From the NCBI RefSeq assembly GCF_001194135.2, contig NC_068999.1:39236660-39300659 (forward strand): 64,000 nt of DNA, read 5' to 3'. This document shows, piece after piece, positions 25,987-37,800 of the stretch. A model generated the notes under the pieces. That model saw nothing but the letters and a program-made list of their open reading frames with translations, was not told the origin of the DNA and ran no database searches. Within the stretch, counting starts at the first letter, position 1; each line of letters begins with the position of its first letter. The DNA is from Octopus bimaculoides. Taxonomy: Eukaryota. A program made the position numbers and the translations under genes.

Positions 25987-26304
25987 NNNNNNNNNNNNNN
26001 NNNNNNNNNNNNNNNNNNNNNNNNNNNNNNNNNNNNNNNNNNNNNNNNNNNNNNNNNNNNNNNNNNNNNNNNNNNNNNNNNNNNNNNNNNNNNNNNNNNN
26101 NNNNNNNNNNNNNNNNNNNNNNNNNNNNNNNNNNNNNNNNNNNNNNNNNNNNNNNNNNNNNNNNNNNNNNNNNNNNNNNNNNNNNNNNNNNNNNNNNNNN
26201 NNNNNNNNNNNNNNNNNNNNNNNNNNNNNNNNNNNNNNNNNNNNNNNNNNNNNNNNNNNNNNNNNNNNNNNNNNNNNNNNNNNNNNNNNNNNNNNNNNNN
26301 NNNN

Positions 26305-26354
<50 letters not shown>

Positions 26355-26370
26355 TGTCTGTCTGTCTGTA

Positions 26371-26409
<39 letters not shown>

Positions 26410-26507
26410 ATGTATGTATGTATGTATGTATGTATGTATGTATATACAGATATACACATATATGCACACTAGATTTAACACAGTATTTCATTTCTCATTA
26501 AGTCCTG

Positions 26508-26556
<49 letters not shown>

Positions 26557-28026
26557 TTTATAGTTCCTGAAGATTCCGCAAAGAAGATAGGATCTGAAAA
26601 ACACTTATTATTCATTGCACGTTATTGATAAACTGAGGAGAAAATGAAATGAAAAATGAACAGACGTAAACCATATTCTTTGATATTTATTGAAAAAATA
26701 TCAATAGATACGATATATCTCAAGAGATTCCGATGAAGTTAAGTTTTATTATTATTTTTTTTTTACTCCATCTACGACAGAATGTTACTATTTTATTCTC
26801 TGAATAGATGAATAAAAATTAGTCGTGTTTGTTTCTTTATATAACGAAATTACAATGGAGAATATAGAAGAGACTGGCTTCCTAATTTATTTATTCATAT
26901 TTTTTTGTGTTATCTCTTATTCTGCAATTTTATTTTTCTATATTTTTTAAAATTAATTTTGTTTATGTTGTTTTGCGGTGGACTAATTTAGAGCGAAGAG
27001 AAAGGAAATCTTTCTCTCTATGCTCCTCTTTCTTTCTCTTCATCTCTATCTCTCTGTATATATGTGTGTTTGATAGACAGTTTCTGTGTGAGTTTTGCGT
27101 TTGCATGTTAACGTGTGTGTAACCTATCTATCTATCTATGTATTTTATGATTTCGCTAAGGCATAGTAATACTAACAACCTGTTGCTAAAACTCCCTCTC
27201 TCCCTCTCCTGCTCGTTCTGTAGGGCCAATGATGAAAAGGATATACTGTAAAGCAGTTGTTAGAACACACAATTCATACTCCTACGTTCCAGTATTGGTA
27301 AGGGTCGGTTCGGAGATGATGTTCATTGTTACATCTATATGTTTATACATGTATACGTGTGTTTGTGCATGTGTCTGAATAAGTGTGTATAGTAGTCCGC
27401 AACACAATATTTATTTCTTATTGAATCTTACACCTCCCCACTGTCTTACCCGAGTCTTATGTTTTAACAGCTTTGACCGCCTTACCACCACGTTCCACAG
27501 ATGAGTAGGTAGCACCTAATTGATGAGGATTCACAGGAAAAGAAAACGTGTAGATTTGTATTTTTCTAAGGTAGATTTCCATCCCGTTACAACTCTATCA
27601 AACTTTAGCCATAAAGAGCAACATAGGCCCGGTGCAGCTACTGGAAATTCGTAGACATAGTCTATGGATAGTCATTCCCTAATGTGTGACACTATAGTAA
27701 TGGTTGTCAAGCTTTTGTAAGCGCAATGTGATTGCATTCAGTAGATATAACATTTTTTTCGAACCATTGACTATACTGTACGTCAACATCCTGCTGTTTG
27801 TGTGAATTAGGCCCCTCTATTTGAAGGACATTTTGAATTGTCACAAACTGCAAGATATTCTTCCTAGTTAATGATTGCCATTGCCAACTGTTTATTTGGA
27901 GAAGTTCTTATTCGACAATTCTGATTTTGAAGAACTTGTAGCTTTGGTGTTATGAACACATTTTATGAGTTTGCGCAGCGAACCTCACACCATCAACGCA
28001 AAGACATAAGCAACCCATCGCATAAG

Positions 28027-28060
<34 letters not shown>

Positions 28061-28070
28061 NNNNNNNNNN

Positions 28071-28101
<31 letters not shown>

Positions 28102-29583
28102 CATGTCTGTGTATGTGCGTGTTTGTAGAAAAACCTCCGATATATTCTCTGCTTGTCATATTTTCAAGCAACGCCAACGTGAATGTAGCACATTGTATGA
28201 GATGTTCGCCTTGAAATATATGCATAACCTCAACGTCCGTAATTTCAATAAAATATTTAACTATCAAACATTGTATTATGTATAGTCTCCAACTCCCTTT
28301 GCTTTAAATGGAACATGACGCTCAGTTGTCGCTGCTATCTTCGGGATTAGATTAAACATGAACAGTGACGCTGCAAATTATTTAATCTTTTTGCCGTCGA
28401 CTCTTACCTGTCGTCTTCTACGCATAGCAATTTTCGTACGCTATAAGTAACCCCTTGCAATGTTATGCCCTCGCCTTGACTTGGATCGCTGTTGCAGACG
28501 TCGATATATTAAACAAACTCGTCTGGAGTTTTCATCGATGTCCATAATGTAACAAACATTACTATTACCTCTCTTCATTCGTTGCTGCAATTATTTCTAT
28601 TGTGTTTTTCATGGAGTTTTTGATGCATGATTTTTTTACGGCGGCATCAAAATGTTCGTGTTATTAGAGAAATCATTGTATGTACTGATGGGTTGACTGC
28701 AGGTCAGCTAAGATCTGTTATTTCCTGTTTCATATCGTTCATTCAACTTAGACCGTTGGCCATTTCTAAGCTGCTGGTTTCCGTACATATAACAACAACG
28801 ACTGCTTGTATTATCCCTTTTTGTGTTCGTGTGTTTTCTGCTATGAGAGTTGCAAAACGTAAAAACCTGTTACTTGGCTGGGAGAGTAATACAGTAAAAA
28901 TTAATTGCTGTCATTTATAGTATTACTATGACAGAATTTATGATACAAATACATATCAAGTATGTCACTATAAGAATTTTCGGCACCTAAATCGCCAAAA
29001 TATTACAATGAGAAATATTTAAAATAACATATTATTGAATGTGCACAATTTCAACAAATATCTTATAGTTTTGTATCCCTGAAATTCTATATACTGCAGT
29101 GTACAGAGAATTTTCCCAAAATTAATATTAAGTAAAATTCATTGCGTATTTCATTAAATATTCATTACAAATTCATGACAATCAACTTTGCTGATTGTCA
29201 TGAAGTACAGAATTAGTTTCATTAAATTTTCATGGATGTCTGGGAAAGAAAAAATGTGACAGGCATAGAACAATCGTGACCTGATATTTGATAGATATCA
29301 TTCATTGACGTGTTCATCGTCATTTATTATGAGCAATGCATAATACATTGCTGATTTTATAATACTCATTTACTTCATCTTGATATTATATTTAGAATAT
29401 GTTAACGTGTCTCCAGCTTAGTCATTGATCTATTATCAATGTTATCTAGTAAGTTATGAATGAAAAAGACACCTACACTCAAAATAATATTATCATGCTG
29501 CATATGAAATCAATCGTGAGCGCAGTAGAGAATCGTACAGCTGAGGTGGGCCGTGATGTTTGGACAAGAAACTTTCGAAATAT

Positions 29584-29638
<55 letters not shown>

Positions 29639-29852
29639 TTTTATTCGCTTACTTGTTTTATTCATTTGACTGCGGCCATGCTAGAGCACTGCCTTAAAGG
29701 GTGTTAGTCGAAGAAACCGATCCTATGACTTATTCTTTGTAAGCTTAGTACTTTTTCTATCGGTCTATTTTGGCGAACCACTGAGTTTCGGGATCATACA
29801 CACACCAGCATCGGTTGTCACGGAATGGCAGGAGTCAAACACACACACACAC

Positions 29853-29855
<3 letters not shown>
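29639..29855 (-). mobile_element. SINE family A, 3' portion
   Basis: TCATTTGACTGCGGCCATGCTAGAGCACTGCC...GACTTATTCTTTGTAAGCTTAGTACTT...CTATCGGTC...CACACCAGCATCGGTTGTCA; reverse match to 61791-61990. Confidence 0.88.
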
Positions 29856-29891
<36 letters not shown>

Positions 29892-30363
29892 ATTTTTGTT
29901 TCGACTCACATCATTAGCATGCATGCAGTATAGAAAATAGTCGTTCTAACCGTGACCATCACAACTTTTATTTTTGCAGAAGTGTATACCACTGGTAAAA
30001 GAAAAACATGTTTACAAATATTTATGTCACATCTTGAACGCGAGTTGTTCACGTTGAAACATCTCTGAAAATAGAGTAGATTGAAGTGCTTTCCAAAAAC
30101 CAGATGTGTAGCAAAAACAAATGAATGTTGTTTTTATTTTCTATGTTTATAAATATAATTCATGATTTGCTATATCAAAGGAGCAGGGAATACACGGCCA
30201 CCTAAATACAGCCATGGGCAATGGGCTAACAAAAGTAATAGCATGCTCAGTGATTGCTAAAGAGTAACGAAACTTGTACATCATACAATAATTTGATTTT
30301 CACTTTCCATGGGATGTTTGTCATTATTGTTTCATAGGGTTTCTTGTGTGACAAGAATGGGAG

Positions 30364-31170
30364 ATGGCATTCCACTTCTATGCAACCCACACTGTATTGC
30401 GTATTTTGAAAGTTTTTGTGATATACGAACAAAAAAAACATGAATTTAGTAGAAGGCAATGGGATTTTGACGAGAATAATCTATATCACAGATTTATCGA
30501 TCTACAGTCAAAAATGCAAATTAGAAAAACACTACAGAGTTTTGAATATGAAACTTTGCTTTCAGACGACGACTTATTAAAGTCAGATGGTAATCTAACC
30601 TGCAATTATGGCACTAATAAATAATTATGAGGCGCTGATCATGTTCTTTGAAGATGATAAGTCAAATAACCCTGTGGCTATATACTGTCTGGAGAAATTG
30701 AGAAGCCTCACATAGACTGTAGCTTTACAGGTTTTAAATGATGTCTTTGAAGAGGGAGGTGATAACGACCGATGTAGTTCATTTTGCGTGGAACAACGTG
30801 AGGAAGATAATATCTGGAAGACAGTTTTTCATGATGTGACTGCGTTAAATATTTGCTATTTCACCAACATGAAAAAAGTGTAAAAGGAAAAACAATTGTG
30901 ATTAGAGAATTGCGAAAGTTCATTGACATTTATAAATCGCGCGGGCGGTCATTTAGGCAAAACGTTTCAGGAATATGAGGTGAAAGCATTATTAAGTTTT
31001 GATTTCTCTGGCGTTTAAGATTGGGACTTCACATTTACCAATGAGAAAGTAATTAAATGGGAATAAGACAGTTTCAGCATTTCCTATTTATAGAAACTGA
31101 TGTCAAAAGGTCATTTGTTTCTCTCAAAAGGCATTTATCTTCAAACTGAAGACATTTGATGAATTGCATT
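30364..31170 (+). pseudogene. Decayed hAT-superfamily transposase
   Basis: Motifs in the expected order across frameshifts: FHFYATH (like HCYAH), VRW (like TRW) followed by AIMALINNYEALIMFFEDD...AIYCLEKLRSL...LQVLNDVF, and C-terminal TDVKRSFVSLKRHLSSN*RHL (like the hAT dimerisation motif xDxERSFSxLKxIxxxxRxxL). No TIRs recognised. Confidence 0.7.
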
Positions 31171-32870
31171 GAAGAATATTTTCACGCGCCGAATTCGGTG
31201 CTAATATCAATTTTAGAAAGGTTTAAATAACCTATGTTATATAGTGTGAAGAAGCAACTAAAATTCATTTCGATGTTGCATCTACTAAAAGAAGAAAGGT
31301 GAGAAACCGTTTAAGAAAATGCTGTTTGGATATGCTAAGGCAAAAATTAAAGCTATTAATTGGATGAAAGGTCATTAGTCAAGATAGAATTTACTAAGGA
31401 ACCAAATAAACGAGAGAGAAAAGATTATAGATTCAATGAATATCCAACATTATTCTGTAGAGGATTATGAAAAAGTTTTGTAAGCCGACATAAATTGTGC
31501 TACGTATGTGGATTTTCATATTAAGTAAATGGATAATTTGCCAAGGAGCTTTGGAACAGAATGAGTTTGCTATAACTATTGTAATAGCATCTAACATATT
31601 AATCTTTAAGTTGGTGGTGTCATTAACGTGAATTTATTTCGACATTACATCATGGAAACCTAATAAATTCGAATTATTTTATAATTATATGAACCAACAA
31701 ATTAAACCGTGTAGTTTATTTTCCAAGCATATTATGTTTACAAAAATCGATGACATGGTTACATTTTCAATGCAGGTTGGTACCACTGAAACACATCTAA
31801 AAAATATTGGGCCGTACGACTTTCAAAAGATTCAGGTCTGTCTAATTTGAAACGCTTTTCAAAACAAAATATTAGCTTAAAACCTAACAGAAATACGTTT
31901 CTTCTTAAAACGCAATAATAACTGAATTATATAGAATTAAAGAAGGTGACAACAACAACATATGCGAACTTCATTAACACATGCCGACACTGTTTGATAC
32001 ATTTGTTCTGCCAAAAGCATTATAGAGTACTTTTAAATTTACATTTAGGCAAGAAATCAATGCTTTGATAAATTTGGCAAAGGATAACAATCGTCGTCTA
32101 ACATACATTTTTGCGCATGCAGGCAGCTAAGAAATACAAGGGATATATATTGTTTACCAGTTAATGTAATTTCTGCAGCGTACTATGATATCGTAGTGGT
32201 AACAATAGCCGTACCACAAATATAAAAATGTAAAACGTCGTATAAAATTCGTTGGTATCCTTGCATCTCCAATTTTTATGTTTCGACAATTTCTATATTT
32301 ATGTCTCATTTTATTCCATAAAGTTTTGTGTTATCTGATATGTCTATTTTAATACAGAATATTTCTATTTGGACATTCTCTTTTCATTTTCTTTTCTTTT
32401 TTCAAAATATAGGACCAGGCATAACAAAGCGATGTCTAATATTCTTCGAAGCAAACTAAGAGATCAACTGGCAGAGTTTTTACGCATTGAGTGGAGTGCT
32501 ACGCGGTATAATTTCTGTCACATTTATTTGATTATATATATGGAAAAAAAAACGTGTCTGTATGCGCGTGCCACCGTGTGTACACGTATACTTTATGTTT
32601 ATGCTTACCGGTGTAATACAGTGTCTTGTTGCAACCGTGAACCCCGGAATGATAACATCGAAAAATAAATATCTGATAAGATAATTAACTGCTCAGCAAA
32701 ACAAGTACTGACTCTGTATCATTAGATATAATATCTTGAAGATATGGCGTAAGCACATTCGCAGTTAAATGATTTCAGTCATTAAACGACTAACGAACTG
32801 GACATCCCTATCACTGGAATTAATTTGCTGCAACAATCCAGCTCAAGTCCTTCTTCCAACTGAGCTATTG

Positions 32871-33075
32871 CGAATGACCGGCAGAATAGTTAGATTGTCG
32901 GAAAATCTTTCGTATTATATTTTACAGATCATTACGTTCTGAATTCAAATCCCGACGAAGTAAACTTTGAGCAGCATCGTTTCGGTGTTTGATAAAATAT
33001 ATCATCATTCAGATACTGAGGTAAAAGGCATCAATTACACACCCTCTCATTTCAAAATTGCTAACCTGGTGCTTT
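32871..33075 (+). mobile_element. SINE family B, diverged near full-length
   Basis: GGCAGAATAGTTAG head, TTACGTTCTGAATTCAAATCCCGACGAAGTAAACTTTG, tail CAAAATTGCTAACCTGGTGC. Confidence 0.7.
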
Positions 33076-34157
33076 GTAACTGTTTAACTGATGGATTTCT
33101 TTCTCTGTTTGTCGAAGGCTTTTGATGCATCTACATTTTCGTGGGGCGACTGTTTTTGCTAATATATTGTAAAGGTGGTTCTTATTCATATTCTTAAAGT
33201 CAGAATTCCAATTACACATAGCTCAATAGTTACTTACACTATACTATATAAATCTCTTGGAAACGCGATGAAACGACACAACCAAGAACAACAACAACCA
33301 CAGTAACAACGAGGGAGAAACTATTCGCATAGTTTGACTGAAAACTTCGCTTTCTTTTACATTCCATATTAAATTGAATATAGAACTAATTTCAGAAACT
33401 ACCGGTATAATACCCTTTATGCTTTCGACACAGCCGCCACTTTCCACATGAAACGTCAAACTTGTATGCAAAAGGTTAAATGCTATAAGACAAAATTACA
33501 ATAAATAATTCAACGAAGAATACAATGATTGCCAAGTCAGTTACATAAATACACATACAGACATATGCACACACTCACACAACAAACACACATACGCATA
33601 GAGATATATACATGTATGTAAGTATACACATAGATAGATAAATATATATGTATACATAATGTCTCACAGGGAAGTCGTTTTCGTAGGTCTTGGCGATGTG
33701 GGAGGAAATGTAAAATGGAAAATAAGAAGTCCGCATGAATAAATAGAATACTCGACTAAAATACAACTTAGCTTATGACCAGTAAACTTTGGGGACATCG
33801 AATTTGGCAAGGTATAAAATGATATAAAATTCCAAGTAAGGAAGTTTCTGGAAATCGATACAGCCGTTTTGGTAATTCCAAAAGGGATAGCTCTACCGAA
33901 TTAGGTGTTTAGTGTTCACTTGTTGTGTGGATGGTTTTCAAACTTCTGGAGCACATATAGACATATAAATGTATACACACAGATACACACGTACATATAA
34001 ACGCATGTACGTACATACACGAAAATTTAGGATGGGTTGATGTCTTAATGTAAATAAGTACGTATTCTTGTTTGTGTATGTCAGTAGCGTAATCAGTTGC
34101 TATGACATAGATTCGCGACGGGAACTACTTTTATTTCTTCATTCACACACATACGTA

Positions 34158-34198
<41 letters not shown>

Positions 34199-34680
34199 TT
34201 AATTATTCACCTATCTCAATCTCTCACTCTATCTCTGTCTCTATGTATCTGCACATACACACACATACATACAAACTGACTAATATCATATGTTCTCTTG
34301 TATTTTCCTTTGTGCGAAATCTTATGGTTCTTTCTTTCTCTCCCCCCTCTTTTAAACTTTCCATCTCTCTTAATCAACCACTCTCTTCCTTTCTTCTTTC
34401 TATGTCTCATCTCTCCTTTCTTGTCAGACTCTATTCTATCCCAAGTTGACTCACTCTTTTCTCATAAACTATTTACTCATGCATAACGTGTTTGTTTCCA
34501 AATTAGCCTGAAGTCCTCCGTTGTGTCCCTCTTGGTTTCTCTTCCTTCGTGGCTTTAGTTCAAACAATTAACTTTTTATATTTCTCACGGGATTATCTGC
34601 GTATCCAGCGTTCCATCTTCTCGCGTTTTTGTCCGATCGAAATAATTTCATTGTCCGTTTAATATTATCACTTACAGTAA

Positions 34681-34890
34681 GGCTATGAGCTGGAAGAATC
34701 GTTAGCGTATCGCGAAAACTGCATCTTCTGCATGCTTTACATGCTGATTTCAAATTCTCTCGCTGCCATCTTTGCTTTTCATACTTTCGAGGTCGGTAAA
34801 GTAGAAGCATCAGTTAATTATTGGTTCCAGTTAATCGACTTGTTCCCTCACCTCAAAACGTCCGGCCTTCTCCCGAAATTAAGAAGAATA
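34681..34890 (+). mobile_element. SINE family B, diverged near full-length
   Basis: GAGCTGGAAGAATCGTTAGCG head (compare 49738-49784), TTTACATGCTGATTTCAAATT, CTTTGCTTTTCATACTTTCGAGGTCG, TAATCGACTT. Confidence 0.72.
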
Positions 34891-37800
34891 TTAACTTTTA
34901 CGTTGTCTTCCCTCATGTTTCTCTCAGCCGTTGAAGATAATTATTTTCCGTATCCTTTTGATTAAGACGTCACACTAAATTACATCATGTTACTTCGTAC
35001 GTAATTTAATTTGTAATATTTTCTATATTTTCTTAAACTTGTTATCGTCCTCCCGTCATATCAAAAACACTGTATCTCACATTTCTTTGAACACATATTT
35101 CGTTTTGTCTTCACAATTGTACGGAAACCAGCGGGTGTGCTTTTAGGCGATCCGAAAACCTCATACTTATTTGTGTGTGTGTGTGTGTGGCGAGAGAGAG
35201 AAAGAGAGAGATAAATATGCATCTATGTATGTGAACGAATGTATGCATCGTATCCCGCAACATTTCAATTCAGATTGAATAAATAGCAGCTAATATTCAA
35301 CTATATTCGATGTCATTTCCATGTGTTCCAATGTCTTTTAAGAAGTCAAAAGTTGTTATATCATATTGACTTATGAATTATATACATTCTTGTCACTCCT
35401 GTTGCACCAGAGATCCGGTTTCTATTTAGCCTTCGGATACTAAGAATTACTTCACTTCTTTTCGTTAAACAACTTCTGTTCTGAAACTATTATATCGCCC
35501 TGACATTTGGCATTCTCGCCATTTAAGGAATATAGTTGACTGTTAGGTTTGAATCAAAATACTCGTTACTTTTAGTTTAGATAAATCTTCACGTACATTC
35601 GTTACGATTATACAGGTATTCTTGATAAATATTGCTCAGTTGAACTTTGTTCAAGAACACAGGCATTGTAAGTAAAATGACTGTTTCGAATGTGAACTGA
35701 AAGCCATACGTTCTTTTTCGATAGTTGTGGTACTGTCTTGCTTTGACTTGCGAGTCACTTTTAATTAAGTAGAATAATATCTGTTTAACCTATGCAGGAT
35801 TATTATTATTATTATTATTATTTTTGGTTGGGGGGTTGAGAATATAATTTATTGATTTAGAAATGCAGACAACCAATTAATAACACTGAAGTTCTCAGTT
35901 GCATTGATCTGGAATTACATACAAATCATGAAAAGAATCGGGCACACACAACCTCACATTCCAACATTCACCAAATTTTCATGAAAGAAATTTGGCCTCA
36001 AAACAGCTCTTCAGTTTCGAAAAGAAAAGGAACATTTGATAATATTGTCCAATAATTAAATGGTACTTCTGCTTTACAGACCTTGAAAGTATGAAAGGCA
36101 AAAATGACAGCGAGACAATTTGAAATCAGCGTGTGAAGCATGCGGAAGATACAGTTAAATGTTTATTTCATCATGTCTGACCGTGAGCCCAATCAGCCCC
36201 AATAAATTCATCTTTCAGTTTTACAGTACGGATAAGATATTCACCGGTATTTACCGAAGACATTTTATTTCTGGTTGTACATGCATGTTTCTATTTTTCA
36301 TTAGTATTCGTTTTACCAGTCAAGTTAGTAAATACAAACACACATACACGCACATGTAAGGTGGGAGAGAGAATGAAATGGTGACAAAGAATTACTTATA
36401 TATACTCATTATGATTTATATATTTAAATATCGAGGTAATAATATATTTAATGAATGTAATTAATCATCAAGTGAAAAATAAATATTAATATTTGTGGTA
36501 ATTAAAATCACATTTATCATAAATGACAGAAGACAGTCTCTGAACATAAAGTCATAAAAGGCTGGAAAATTCTTAAACAAAAGTCATCGTTTAACAATGT
36601 TGCGCTTTTAGTTTCAAAAAGAAGAATACAAAAAGCAGATTTCAAGTTAGACCTCATTTAAAGGTCATACGTTCAAATACATGAATACCCTCTCTCTTTA
36701 CCATGTGTGTATTATCTTGGTTTGTTTCCTATGAATTCAAACATTTAAAGACGTTACAATATCAGTGAGAGGAGGCTTATTATTTATTTTATTTTATTTT
36801 ATTTAGCAATATACGTACAATAGAATCACTTACTACTTCATTGCATTCATTTCTAAAGATTTTAATGAAAAAATAGTAACTTTGTACAAAAGTTTTAATT
36901 TCCTCAAACGATTTAATAGAAGTGATTTATCCAATGTTTCCCTGCTGCTGCGCAAGTATACTTCATTTGGTTGCACTGCTATTTCACGTATGTCAAAGAC
37001 CTGCATAAAAACTCTTTCTTTTTGCCAGTGACAATGGAACTTGGCCACCAAACAAAAGTTGTTCTGAACAACATACAAAATACGTTGTTGTAGTCCTTTC
37101 CACTAAAGGCTTTAAAATGATTTATAATAATAAAGAACTAGTTACAAGTCTTATTAGTACCGTGAGGCAGTTTGGGATAACAATAGAACAACAAAAAGCG
37201 ATTCAAAGACTGCCTCGTCTGCCGTTCATTCTGAACCTATTGTTATAGACCTAGTAGTTAAAAAGGATGTTGTTAATGTGCCATTTACCTTAAATATATT
37301 ATTTAATGTATTAGAGGCGCCCCACCCTCCATTCACACGACATTTTACTACGTTTCTTCCTAAACGGTACGGCTCACCATCTGGAGTGCAGTGAGATATA
37401 TAGCTAGATGGTTCACGATAGTAAATAAGACTATATTTGCCTGATCTGAGATATACAATTCGAATTTCTAATTCCACAGAGTGTGTCCAGAAAACTTATA
37501 CACATTACTAAAGCCTGTATCGTACTAAATATTTTTTATCGTACTTTACATAAAATGTCTTATAATTAAAAGTCAAAATCAGACTAAACTTTTGAGAAAG
37601 TAAACTTTTTCCTCATGTGTTACTGTGGGTGTGAGATTATAACCGAAATAAAAAAAATAATTTAGAATGGGTTTTCAGAATATTCCTCCCATGAGATTAA
37701 CCTGGATTATTATCAGTAATGTGTGAAGGTGAAAGAATTCCTCAATACACGCGCAACAACTAAAAGGCAGGAAATATTCACATAGAAAATGTTAAATATT

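Noticed and set aside
27498-27560. CAGATGA-GTAGG-TAGCA-CCTA, a partial hammerhead-like core and stem II
   Set aside because: The core is mutated and no GAAAC, stem III or stem I follows; too incomplete to call.
28409-28500. Minus-strand GITLQGVTYSVRKL before a GTAAG donor, vaguely profilin-like
   Set aside because: An in-frame stop lies just upstream, the acceptor is weak, and similarity is limited to a few residues.
30480-30660. Initial reading as RTE-type reverse transcriptase (LLSDDD like LFADD)
   Set aside because: Surrounding frames fit hAT transposase motifs in order much better, and RT motifs are not co-linear.
33244-33471. ORF with a hydrophobic C-terminus (TM/GPI-like)
   Set aside because: The hydrophobic stretch comes largely from a degenerate (GTT)n repeat.
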